From a virus (Duplodnaviria > Heunggongvirae > Uroviricota > Caudoviricetes): a DNA stretch of 57,327 nt. The translations under genes and the position numbers were made by a program. Below, one piece after another: positions 27,275 through 35,569 of this stretch. The stretch lies in IMG/VR virus record IMGVR_UViG_3300034357_000765; one strand, written 5' to 3'. The notes beneath the pieces were generated by a model, which was not told where the DNA came from, did no database searches, and saw only the letters and a program-made list of their open reading frames with translations. How positions within the stretch are numbered: the first letter of the stretch is position 1; every line of letters begins with the position of its first letter.

Positions 27275-28681
27275 ATGAAGATAAAAAGATGGAATGATTT
27301 TATTTCTTACATAAAAGAATCAAAAGAGACGGAAGAGGAATTCAATCCTTGGATGTTGGACGAAGACGATATAAGAGACTACTTCCAAGAATCTATAGAT
27401 GAAGGATATCAGATTGAAGTCAGATATGGATTTGTTGGAGAGGAAAGAATGTGGAACTACAAAGAAAGTAGAACACATTATGTGGAAAGATTCACAAAGA
27501 AGATGGAGTCTGGAAACAATACACCGGCAATAAGCATACTCATCACAAGTGAAAAAGTATCAAGCAATGACGTTTCTGACAATCTAAAGTTTGCTTATAG
27601 TATAATAGCAGAAGAAGCTGATGGTGATATTTCTATATTAGATAATGATGGAGAGATAGGTGATATAGAAGGAATAATAGCAAAAGAAGGCTTATTCTTT
27701 ACAGAGACTTGGAACAATGTCGAAGGTAAAGAACCTACCATAACAGAGGCTGATGGCTACGTAGAATTTTTAGTCAAAAAGAAACAAGCAGTAAAGATAA
27801 CACAGACACAGCTTGCAAAATACTACGACTGGAGTAGATACGAAGAAAAAGATGACAGTATATACGTAGAATACAACCTCGAAGATTTATCAGACCTACT
27901 TCTTTCCAGAGATTCGAACTATAAGGATCTGCTGATAGACGGATCGGGTATATATGACAGCTATTGTGGTAATGACTACCAGCCAGATTTTAACTCTCTA
28001 TTTGAATACTATCTAGACAAAGAGAACAAGTCTCTCTTCGTGAAGGCTTTGATAAAGGACGCTGGTGGATTGGAAGAATTTGTTAGTTATATAGGCGACG
28101 AATGCGACGACATGGTGTATGATGCCATAAAAGTAATGATAGAAGACAAAGAAGGAGAACCAGAGTCAACTAAAGAAGAAAGAAAAACCAAAGATATAAC
28201 AGAATATCTTCTTAAAGAAAGATTCTACAATACTCTGAAGCAGATTTCTAACGATTCCGAAATACTTTCGGATATCAAGCAATCCTACGGAGATTGGGCA
28301 TCCAACGCACATGCAGAGGCAAACCTACAACAGATAAAAGACGAGTTCGACGAAATACTCGACGACAACTTCACATATATAAAAGGAACAAGAGAAGTGG
28401 AGAAGAAGTCCAAATTCAATAAAGACGAAAACGGAAACTGGAGAACATACAAAGAAGAAGAGACTTTCTATCTTATACGTTTCAGCGATGACTGGATCGA
28501 GGATTTTGAGGTAGACGACTTAGAACAAGAAAGTCTGGAGACTATCTTCAGCGAATACTGCTACAAAACTGAAAAAACTGGATATGAACTTAAACCACAC
28601 TTCTCGGACTACGGAGATGTAGATGATAAAGAATGGAACAAAGATATCAAATCAGATTTACTAAGATTTTTAAACAAATAA
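27275..28681 (+). CDS. acidic hypothetical protein, 468 aa
   Basis: Long ORF; starts MKIKRWNDFISYIKES. Confidence 0.7.
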   Translation: MKIKRWNDFISYIKESKETEEEFNPWMLDEDDIRDYFQESIDEGYQIEVRYGFVGEERMWNYKESRTHYVERFTKKMESGNNTPAISILITSEKVSSNDVSDNLKFAYSIIAEEADGDISILDNDGEIGDIEGIIAKEGLFFTETWNNVEGKEPTITEADGYVEFLVKKKQAVKITQTQLAKYYDWSRYEEKDDSIYVEYNLEDLSDLLLSRDSNYKDLLIDGSGIYDSYCGNDYQPDFNSLFEYYLDKENKSLFVKALIKDAGGLEEFVSYIGDECDDMVYDAIKVMIEDKEGEPESTKEERKTKDITEYLLKERFYNTLKQISNDSEILSDIKQSYGDWASNAHAEANLQQIKDEFDEILDDNFTYIKGTREVEKKSKFNKDENGNWRTYKEEETFYLIRFSDDWIEDFEVDDLEQESLETIFSEYCYKTEKTGYELKPHFSDYGDVDDKEWNKDIKSDLLRFLNK

Positions 28682-28707
28682 AAAAAGCCACTCATTTGAG
28701 TGGCTTT
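28681..28707. terminator. intrinsic terminator (GCCACTC family, copy 3)
   Basis: AAAGCCACTC-attt-GAGTGGCTTT between convergent genes. Confidence 0.8.
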
Positions 28708-28714
28708 ATAGTTT

Positions 28715-28933
28715 TTATCCTCCAAAGACTGCAGTGATGAATCCGCCTCTTACTCTAAAATTTAATCTATCTGCACGAACAGACATATCAAGCATTTTAA
28801 CATCTCCTTCTTCTTCTACAATCCTAACAACAAATCCACCATCTTCGGCATATTTTGTTGCTTCTTGTAATGTCTTTCCTTTGTATTCTGATTCGGAAAA
28901 TACTCCGAAGTTTCTCAATGGTATTTTTTCCAT
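28715..28933 (-). CDS. putative I78/potato-inhibitor-I-like protease inhibitor, 72 aa
   Basis: G.T..EA...A...G..VRIV..EG....LDM..R.DRLNF.V..G.I.....G pattern. Confidence 0.55.
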   Translation of the reverse strand: MEKIPLRNFGVFSESEYKGKTLQEATKYAEDGGFVVRIVEEEGDVKMLDMSVRADRLNFRVRGGFITAVFGG

Positions 28934-28959
28934 AAAAAAGTTTTTCTTTTTATATTAAA

Positions 28960-29532
28960 CTATTTTGATAAGTTTAGATATTCTTTTGCTTTCAAAACCA
29001 TGTAAGCACTTGCAAGGTCTGAAAAGTTTACAGAGTCAAGATATTTCAAATCTATCTTAACTGCTTTACTCATACTCTCTGCCTTTGATCCATCTCCTTT
29101 TGCCATTACTTCTTGATAGTCTTTCTCATTCAATGGAAGTATGAAAGGATACGCTTTGTTTGCAGAACCCTTTGTTAAAAAGAATGGTTTAAGTTCTTCA
29201 AAATCATCATAGTCTTCTCTTAAAACTATTCCAGCTTCTTCTTCTAACTCTCTTAAAAGTGCAGTCTTAGGATCTTCACCTGGTTCTATACCACCAGCAA
29301 CTATAGTTGCATGATACTCTTGTCCAGTAACGTATTTGAATGTAGGTATGTATTCTTGTCTAAGAACGACTTGGTTTGTTTCTATAAGAATAGGAATGCA
29401 AAGTATACAGTCTTTAGTCTTTATGATACTCCAATCCTCAAACTCTATTACCTTTAAAGGTCCTTTAGAGAATAGTTCTTTATCTTTTTTTTCAGTCTCG
29501 GTTTTTGGTCTTAATTTAGAAAACTTATCCAT
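28960..29532 (-). CDS. Nudix hydrolase (ADP-ribose pyrophosphatase-like)
   Basis: Nudix box GGIEPGEDPKTALLRELEEEAG. Confidence 0.88.
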   Translation of the reverse strand: MDKFSKLRPKTETEKKDKELFSKGPLKVIEFEDWSIIKTKDCILCIPILIETNQVVLRQEYIPTFKYVTGQEYHATIVAGGIEPGEDPKTALLRELEEEAGIVLREDYDDFEELKPFFLTKGSANKAYPFILPLNEKDYQEVMAKGDGSKAESMSKAVKIDLKYLDSVNFSDLASAYMVLKAKEYLNLSK

Positions 29533-29552
29533 TTAAAATATTTGTATTTTCT

Positions 29553-29562
29553 TATATATTAA
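29553..29562 (-). promoter_or_regulatory. phage-type promoter motif TTAATATATA
   Basis: Exact motif upstream of the Nudix start. Confidence 0.6.
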
Positions 29563-29573
29563 AAAGCCGTATT

Positions 29574-29783
29574 CTAAAATCCGTGAGTTCCGTCAGAAAT
29601 AGAAATGCCATGACGCACACCACTTACAAAGTCGTCTTTCTCATAACCCATTTCATCATTGGTATACTGTCCTATAATAATACCAATCTCATTTCCTAAA
29701 TCACTCAAATCTCCGTGATTGATAGGTGCACTATTTTTAATCGACTCTAAGTGTTTTATTAGAGTATCTAATATATTTTCCAT
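29574..29783 (-). CDS. hypothetical protein, 69 aa
   Basis: Abuts the upstream ligase gene in the same operon. Confidence 0.65.
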   Translation of the reverse strand: MENILDTLIKHLESIKNSAPINHGDLSDLGNEIGIIIGQYTNDEMGYEKDDFVSGVRHGISISDGTHGF

Positions 29784-30419
29784 TTAGTATTTATAGTTTT
29801 TTGTTTCCTTTCTACATTTGATTTGACTCTTCACGTTGTTCAACTCAGAAGTACCCATTTCCAATCTTGCAGTCTTTCTTTTTAAAACAAGACCTTCAAT
29901 CAAATCGATTGGTGTCAGAGTATCATAAAGCATATTGAACTGATTTTGGTATGACTTAACACGGTAAACGTTTTCAGAAATACCATAAAGGTAGTCTTTC
30001 TCACATTCGTTCTGTCCGAACATATTATCCAATAACGTGATTCTTTCTTCAAAAGTTTTTCCCACAAGATAATCACCATCATTTACAAGAATGTCGAATA
30101 TGACAAACTTATGGTTGAAAGCTTTTCTGTTTTCATCCTGTTTATTCTTATTAAGATATTCACCATTCAAGATTGTCCATCCACCTGTTCCTTTATAAAG
30201 TGATTTGATTTCATCATCTTTCAACTGAAAGTTTGTAAGACGACCATTGTGTCTGTTCATAGAAATATGCTTCTCACCATTGGTGAAGATAAGACAGTTA
30301 GAACCATTTAATTTTGGCTGTGCTATCAAAGATCCATTGTCCCAAAAACCCAACTCTGTATTTGGGATTGGATTTTTTGGACGTGGAGGAAAAATATATC
30401 TAAAGCTTGCGTATTTCAT
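29784..30419 (-). CDS. ATP-dependent ligase adenylation domain only (DNA or RNA ligase), 211 aa
   Basis: Motif I QPKLNG, III NGEYL, IIIa FVIFDIL, IV EGLVLK, V KCRK. Confidence 0.75.
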   Translation of the reverse strand: MKYASFRYIFPPRPKNPIPNTELGFWDNGSLIAQPKLNGSNCLIFTNGEKHISMNRHNGRLTNFQLKDDEIKSLYKGTGGWTILNGEYLNKNKQDENRKAFNHKFVIFDILVNDGDYLVGKTFEERITLLDNMFGQNECEKDYLYGISENVYRVKSYQNQFNMLYDTLTPIDLIEGLVLKRKTARLEMGTSELNNVKSQIKCRKETKNYKY

Positions 30420-30437
30420 ATGACAAAGATAAGTAAA

Positions 30438-30986
30438 TTATCCGAATATACAATAAAGATCACGATAATGCTTGCTACCTTCGAGTGTTATTTTTGTTTC
30501 TATTATATCTATAGGATGCTGCACTTTGTAGACATGTCCTTTGTATTTTACTTCGGAATATCTCGTGCCTTTGTCTTCGAAGAAGTCTACTTTATATTTC
30601 TTAGGGAAAAGCTTGCCCCAGATTCCACGCTTTCTATGCTTTATTTCCAAATAACCAAGTCTGCGTTCCATGTCCAGCTCGTTGTTTTTTGTTCGTCGAT
30701 AGTATTCACCACTATTATATTGACTATATCTTTCTCTATCCTTTATCAAGATGTCGATATCTGATATCTCTCGTTCCAGAAAGCCAAATATGTTAAGACC
30801 CAGCGACCCTGTTATGATATCATTAGGGAATTCGTCTCTGATGAATGCTAACTGCTCGTCGAATATCGTTAAACATTCTTGGCTGATTTTTATTTCTCGT
30901 TCGCCAGTAATAATACTTAGCTTGAAGTCTCTTAAATATGGAGTCCAATCTTTATCACCATTCGTTTGCTGAGCTCTATTTCTCAT
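30438..30986 (-). CDS. putative Pol-beta-type nucleotidyltransferase, 182 aa
   Basis: ITGSLGL...SDIDILI (GS...DxD). Confidence 0.6.
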   Translation of the reverse strand: MRNRAQQTNGDKDWTPYLRDFKLSIITGEREIKISQECLTIFDEQLAFIRDEFPNDIITGSLGLNIFGFLEREISDIDILIKDRERYSQYNSGEYYRRTKNNELDMERRLGYLEIKHRKRGIWGKLFPKKYKVDFFEDKGTRYSEVKYKGHVYKVQHPIDIIETKITLEGSKHYRDLYCIFG

Positions 30987-31001
30987 AAGTGTTTTTATTA
31001 T

Positions 31002-31011
31002 TTAATATATA
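31002..31011 (+). promoter_or_regulatory. phage-type promoter motif TTAATATATA
   Basis: Exact motif upstream of ATG 31037. Confidence 0.6.
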
Positions 31012-31036
31012 CAAAAATACTAAAATTTTTATCATT

Positions 31037-32194
31037 ATGAGAAAGTATAACCAGTTTATATTAGAAAAGCTTAACGAAGAAATAAAACTTATGTTAGAAG
31101 GACAACTTCATGCATCATCCGATTTTTTGAGAAAGCTTTTCGAATTGTCATTGGACAACGGAAAAACTGCAGAGATTGCTAGATTCATAAGAAAGTATAT
31201 AGAAGACGAACAGTATATAGAAGATGATGAAATAGCTCAGAACTTCTTCGACACTACAGACAAAGCAGATATGGTCAGCTTTACGATGAACAACAAAGTA
31301 CCTGAAGAGTGGGATTCTGAATATGATGCAGGACTGCCATATTCTATGGGTAGATCCGAAATGAAGATTGGAAAACTTGTTAAATATATCATAAACGTTT
31401 TAAATACATCATCTGGCGTAACAACATTTCGTAAGAAAGGAAAGTTTAGTGTAAGTGATAGTGAATTAGAAGCTTTCGTAAACGCATACAAAGCATCAGA
31501 ATCAAGCAGCAACATGGAGTTCAGACTTGTAAAAGGAGAAGAAATAGCCAAATACTACAATAACGAAAAATATTTAAGTGATAAAGGAAGTTTAGGTAGT
31601 TCTTGTATGGCAGAAAAAGGAAAGAAAACTTTTAAATTATACACTCAAAACGAAACAAAAGTTCAACTTTTGATACTAGTAGACAAAGAAACCGACCAGA
31701 TATCTGGAAGGGCATTGGTTTGGAAACTAAAGAATTCTCCGTGTGAGTCTAATTTTTTCATGGATAGAGTATATTCAAACAACGACTCTGATGTGATAAA
31801 ATTCAAAAAGTTTGCAAACGAAAACAGATTCCTATACAAGAAATATATGAATAGTCATACCAAAAGCAATGTTGAGTTTGTATATGGTGGTAAAGATGTA
31901 TATGGAGAAATAACCGTAAAGCTAAACGGAGACGTAGACAAAGCACCATTCGTAGACACACTTTGCTTTTTGAACAAGCAACAGAATACTCTTTCAAACC
32001 TTCCGTCGAAGGATTGTAATTGGTTACACTACACCGATGGAAGCTATGATGAATGTGGAACCTGCAAAGGTAAATGCTTCGAAAGAGATTTGGGTATTAA
32101 AGTAATCTGTAATAATTGTGGTGATGGTCATATAGCTTTGAAGAATTATGGAGTTGATACCTCTATAAATCTAAAATACGATTTACCGAATTAA
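31037..32194 (+). CDS. SCM / RALVW / MDRVY family protein with capsid-targeting-like N-terminus, 385 aa
   Basis: Start moved to ATG 31037 (MRKYNQFILE); paralogue of 20967..21935; C-terminal CxxCxxxC...CxxC. Confidence 0.7.
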   Translation: MRKYNQFILEKLNEEIKLMLEGQLHASSDFLRKLFELSLDNGKTAEIARFIRKYIEDEQYIEDDEIAQNFFDTTDKADMVSFTMNNKVPEEWDSEYDAGLPYSMGRSEMKIGKLVKYIINVLNTSSGVTTFRKKGKFSVSDSELEAFVNAYKASESSSNMEFRLVKGEEIAKYYNNEKYLSDKGSLGSSCMAEKGKKTFKLYTQNETKVQLLILVDKETDQISGRALVWKLKNSPCESNFFMDRVYSNNDSDVIKFKKFANENRFLYKKYMNSHTKSNVEFVYGGKDVYGEITVKLNGDVDKAPFVDTLCFLNKQQNTLSNLPSKDCNWLHYTDGSYDECGTCKGKCFERDLGIKVICNNCGDGHIALKNYGVDTSINLKYDLPN

Positions 32195-32346
32195 AAAGGT
32201 AAATCGTCAGAGAAGTCTTCTGATTCAGATTTGTTTATCTCTTGCATTAGAAGAGTAGCTTTATAATCATTCATCATTCTTAAAAAGTCTACCATTTTAG
32301 AAGCTTCAAGATTCTCTATCATATCGTATGCAATGTTGTCTATCAT
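32191..32346 (-). CDS. 51-aa protein ending in an SSB-tail-like EDFSDDLPF (missing from the ORF track)
   Basis: MIDNIAYDMIENLEASKMVDFLRMMNDYKATLLMQEINKSESEDFSDDLPF*; has its own TATCTTTG promoter. Confidence 0.75.
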   Translation of the reverse strand: MIDNIAYDMIENLEASKMVDFLRMMNDYKATLLMQEINKSESEDFSDDLPF

Positions 32347-32363
32347 ATCTCTGTTTGTTTTAA

Positions 32364-32371
32364 CAAAGATA
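32364..32371 (-). promoter_or_regulatory. Bacteroidota-type promoter -7 box TATCTTTG
   Basis: 17 nt upstream of ATG 32346, with an A-rich leader. Confidence 0.6.
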
Positions 32372-32379
32372 AGGAATCT

Positions 32380-32598
32380 TTAAGATTCGCCCAATATTTT
32401 CACTATCTTTTTATCTCTTTCTTCTTGAAGGTTCAGATATTGAAAATAGTCATATTTGTCTTTGAATCCGTGCTTGACCAAAATCTCTTCTTCGTGATCC
32501 AAGAACTCTCTTAAGCCAACCGTTTTCTCATTTAACATTTTACAGATGTATTCATAATCATCATAGTCATCATACATCTTACTAACTCCACTTCCCAT
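32380..32598 (-). CDS. hypothetical protein with C-terminal RDxKL tag, 72 aa
   Basis: Ends RDKKIVKILGES. Confidence 0.65.
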   Translation of the reverse strand: MGSGVSKMYDDYDDYEYICKMLNEKTVGLREFLDHEEEILVKHGFKDKYDYFQYLNLQEERDKKIVKILGES

Positions 32599-32599
32599 A

Positions 32600-33070
32600 T
32601 TATCTTAGTTTTTCTCTAACACTCATTATTGCTTCTCCAAGCCAATTCGTTCCTTGCCATTGAGACTTATCTAAACATCTCGCGTCTGTCTCATGCAATC
32701 CGATTCCCCAAATCTTGTCATAAGGACTAGCTTCCACAATCTCAAGATCATCAGTGTACATAAGTTCTTCCAACATTTTAGGATTCTGTGTGAACTTCGC
32801 CATATTTGCATCGAATACAACCTGGCGACAGATAGCTTCCCATTTGTCTTTGTCGAATCCTTTTACTCTACGACCAAATCCTTTTTGCTCATCAGGACTC
32901 TTTGAGTACATAATCATCTTATGACTTTCTACATCATTGAAAAGCAAAGCTTTCTGAGCCATCATATATTGTTCACAACAGTTGTACTCAACTTCTTCTA
33001 TAATGAATTTAGATGGATACCATTGCGAGAAAACTCCGTTCCAAAAGAACACATATTTTTCTGTAATCAT
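32600..33070 (-). CDS. NADAR (YbiA-like) family protein
   Basis: FSQWYP...EQYMMAQKA..F.D...QKGFGR.V..FD...W...AKF.QN...VEASPYD.IWGIG...G.N.LG.A.M.VR. Confidence 0.9.
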   Translation of the reverse strand: MITEKYVFFWNGVFSQWYPSKFIIEEVEYNCCEQYMMAQKALLFNDVESHKMIMYSKSPDEQKGFGRRVKGFDKDKWEAICRQVVFDANMAKFTQNPKMLEELMYTDDLEIVEASPYDKIWGIGLHETDARCLDKSQWQGTNWLGEAIMSVREKLR

Positions 33071-33079
33071 ATTATTTAT

Positions 33080-33454
33080 TTATTTTAAAGGGAAGTAATC
33101 CCCGATTGTTGTTTTTCTTTCTTCGTCAAACTGTTCTAAACCCAAAAGCCTGTTCAGCATTCTTTCCCTATAATAGATAGTTCCCATTTCATAGATACTA
33201 TCCATGTCGATGAACTCACCAATAAGTCTTTCCTCTATGGTAACTCTTACTCGTTTAGACACGTACGTTCGGTAAACCTTTTCTTTGTATTGCCAAGACT
33301 CGTACTCATAATCGTAATATGAATAGGAATCATACTCCCAACCATAGTGGTAGTAATCATCCCAACAATACCAATTGTCCGCGATCATTTCCCAATCTAC
33401 CGTGAAGGTGTCTGAGTATATTTCAGATTTACTTTTGTACTTTCCTAATGACAT
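33080..33454 (-). CDS. Tyr/Trp/Asp-rich hypothetical protein, 124 aa
   Basis: In operon; subterminal RERMLNRLLG. Confidence 0.65.
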   Translation of the reverse strand: MSLGKYKSKSEIYSDTFTVDWEMIADNWYCWDDYYHYGWEYDSYSYYDYEYESWQYKEKVYRTYVSKRVRVTIEERLIGEFIDMDSIYEMGTIYYRERMLNRLLGLEQFDEERKTTIGDYFPLK

Positions 33455-33822
33455 TACTTTAATAGAGTTTTTAATCTCCAGTCTCTTACTATGATTTTAA
33501 AGTCTTCGAAGCTAGAAGACTGTGACATCAAGTCTACCTTTTCGTTTATCTCTTCGATAAGTTCTTTAAGTTCCTCACTTCTTTCTTTTATTCTACCATC
33601 ATAGACACATTCTATCTTTGTATCTCCTTGTTGACGAGGAACAATCCAGGTAACGACGTTCGAATAACTCCATTGATCTTTGACCTGACTGATTACTTCA
33701 TTCGCCCTTTGTGGTGACAGTCCGTTCACGTTTATGTAGTAGACAAAGATTGGATTGTCCAGGTCTATTTCCACCTGTGGTTCTTTTATTCCATAATTTA
33801 CATTCATGTATGTTATATACAC
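33454..33822 (-). CDS. hypothetical protein with C-terminal RDxKL tag, 122 aa
   Basis: Ends RDWRLKTLLK. Confidence 0.7.
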   Translation of the reverse strand: MYITYMNVNYGIKEPQVEIDLDNPIFVYYINVNGLSPQRANEVISQVKDQWSYSNVVTWIVPRQQGDTKIECVYDGRIKERSEELKELIEEINEKVDLMSQSSSFEDFKIIVRDWRLKTLLK

Positions 33823-33827
33823 AAAAG

Positions 33828-34262
33828 CTACATATGTTTTCTTATATCTATATGAGAAATCTTCTCAAAGTCTTCTGAAGACTTGTATAATAAGAATGGT
33901 GTAGTAAAATATTTTGAATAAACTTCAGTATCATCAATATGTAAATCAATCTCATTTGACTTACAATATCCTGCCTTTATAGTGTCCCAAAGGTCGTAGT
34001 CAAACTTCTCTTGAATAGTTCCATCAGGAAACTGAATAGTTCCGATACTGTCTATTCCAGAGTCGACAAGATAGTCGTACACTGAAAAGTGAGAAGTCCA
34101 CTGAATACCATAATCTTTAAGCTGATTTTCGAGTTCTGTTGTCCACGAACCACCGGTGATGATATGTACTTCTCCATTGTTGGAAATAACAGATTGACTC
34201 ATAAACGCAAAAGATTTTGGGTTTGAGTCAATAACACCGTGTATGTCTAGTCCTAGTTTCAT
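33828..34262 (-). CDS. HAD-superfamily phosphatase-like protein, 144 aa
   Basis: LGLDIHGVID (motif I variant), IITG, HIDD. Confidence 0.65.
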   Translation of the reverse strand: MKLGLDIHGVIDSNPKSFAFMSQSVISNNGEVHIITGGSWTTELENQLKDYGIQWTSHFSVYDYLVDSGIDSIGTIQFPDGTIQEKFDYDLWDTIKAGYCKSNEIDLHIDDTEVYSKYFTTPFLLYKSSEDFEKISHIDIRKHM

Positions 34263-34630
34263 TCGTTGAATAAATCATTTAATTTAGAATCTCTTTGCAT
34301 AGACTTCTTTAGTTCCTCTGGTACATTACCGACGAAGCCATCCCAGCCCCTTATCTGATGGTTTGCAGATTTTGCTATGATTATCTTTTTTATATCAGAT
34401 TTGATTTCACTAATATTCAATTTAGTATCAACTAACTCAGGACTTTCATTTATTAAATCATAACGAATGTTTTCCCACTTCCACCAAAGAAACTTTCTTT
34501 TAATAACTACCTTTTTATAGACATAAAGATCATGATAGTCATTACTACTATCTCTATCTTCTATCTGAAAGTAGTATGTATTTCCGTCTTCAAAAATAAA
34601 CGGAGTCATTTTTATAACAATATCACTCAT
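34259..34630 (-). CDS. hypothetical protein with C-terminal RDxKL tag, 123 aa
   Basis: Ends RDSKLNDLFNE. Confidence 0.7.
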   Translation of the reverse strand: MSDIVIKMTPFIFEDGNTYYFQIEDRDSSNDYHDLYVYKKVVIKRKFLWWKWENIRYDLINESPELVDTKLNISEIKSDIKKIIIAKSANHQIRGWDGFVGNVPEELKKSMQRDSKLNDLFNE

Positions 34631-34634
34631 ATAA

Positions 34635-34642
34635 CAAATATA
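34635..34642 (-). promoter_or_regulatory. Bacteroidota-type promoter -7 box TATATTTG
   Basis: TTTG 19 nt upstream (34662-34665). Confidence 0.65.
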
Positions 34643-34649
34643 TCAAAAA

Positions 34650-34946
34650 TTATTCATTGTTCAAAAGTCTTTCAAGCCTTTCGTCTCTTATCAGTGATTT
34701 AACCTCGACAAGATTGCAGACTTCCTTCATTATCTTTTTTGGTAGTGTCTTTTGAAGATTCTTACCAAAGAGTTGTTCTCTCAGATCCATCCTTATACAG
34801 TTTGCATAAGGAAACCTAAGACGTATGTACTCATACTCCATATCGCTTGCGATTGGAATAACTTTATACGAATATTTATTTATTAGTTTAGATGTTTGAT
34901 GTGCGTGAATCGCAAGGCTTTTATATTTTATGAAGTAGTCACTCAT
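34650..34946 (-). CDS. hypothetical protein with C-terminal RDxKL tag, 98 aa
   Basis: Ends RDERLERLLNNE. Confidence 0.7.
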   Translation of the reverse strand: MSDYFIKYKSLAIHAHQTSKLINKYSYKVIPIASDMEYEYIRLRFPYANCIRMDLREQLFGKNLQKTLPKKIMKEVCNLVEVKSLIRDERLERLLNNE

Positions 34947-35508
34947 GTCGTGCTATTTTAATGTTGTACAAAATTACTAAAAAAGTATGTGCAATCTCTG
35001 CAATCGCCATCCCATGAAACATACTCAAAAGTATTATAGGAAACACGGCCATCGATGTTGATATTATAACCTTTTGTAACCAATCAGAATACTGCATATA
35101 TTTTCGATTCAGATAAGCAAACATAAATATAGTCAGAGGATAGAAGAAGAAATAAAGCCCTGCGGAAACATTGTGTATCAGTCTATAATCTATGTTGAAA
35201 AAACCTACTGCAAAAAGACAAGTCGATAAGAATCCAAATAAAAAATAAAACTTTTTCTTATACTTTATTCTAGTATTGTTCTTTAAATAAAGAAAAGAGT
35301 TCACAAATATCGATACCGCGAAAAGACACACCGCGGAATTCCATATTCTTCCAATCCATCCAGACTTGCCCCAGTTTGAAAGCTGTATCTCACGTATGTC
35401 CAAATTGGCAAACTTCCAACAAACCAAGAATACTGACAAAAATATAAATATGGAAATATAGGTCTGAGACCTTCTCACCATTCTTATCAGACGTTCTCTT
35501 GATAGCAT
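34939..35508 (-). CDS. multi-pass membrane protein (DUF998-like), 189 aa
   Basis: Five to six hydrophobic helices; H-x-x-S-A motif. Confidence 0.6.
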   Translation of the reverse strand: MLSRERLIRMVRRSQTYISIFIFLSVFLVCWKFANLDIREIQLSNWGKSGWIGRIWNSAVCLFAVSIFVNSFLYLKNNTRIKYKKKFYFLFGFLSTCLFAVGFFNIDYRLIHNVSAGLYFFFYPLTIFMFAYLNRKYMQYSDWLQKVIISTSMAVFPIILLSMFHGMAIAEIAHTFLVILYNIKIARHE

Positions 35509-35569
35509 ATCGACTCATATATTTTGAAGGGATTTTCTCCCTTCTCTATATATAAGTTTTTAGAAACAA

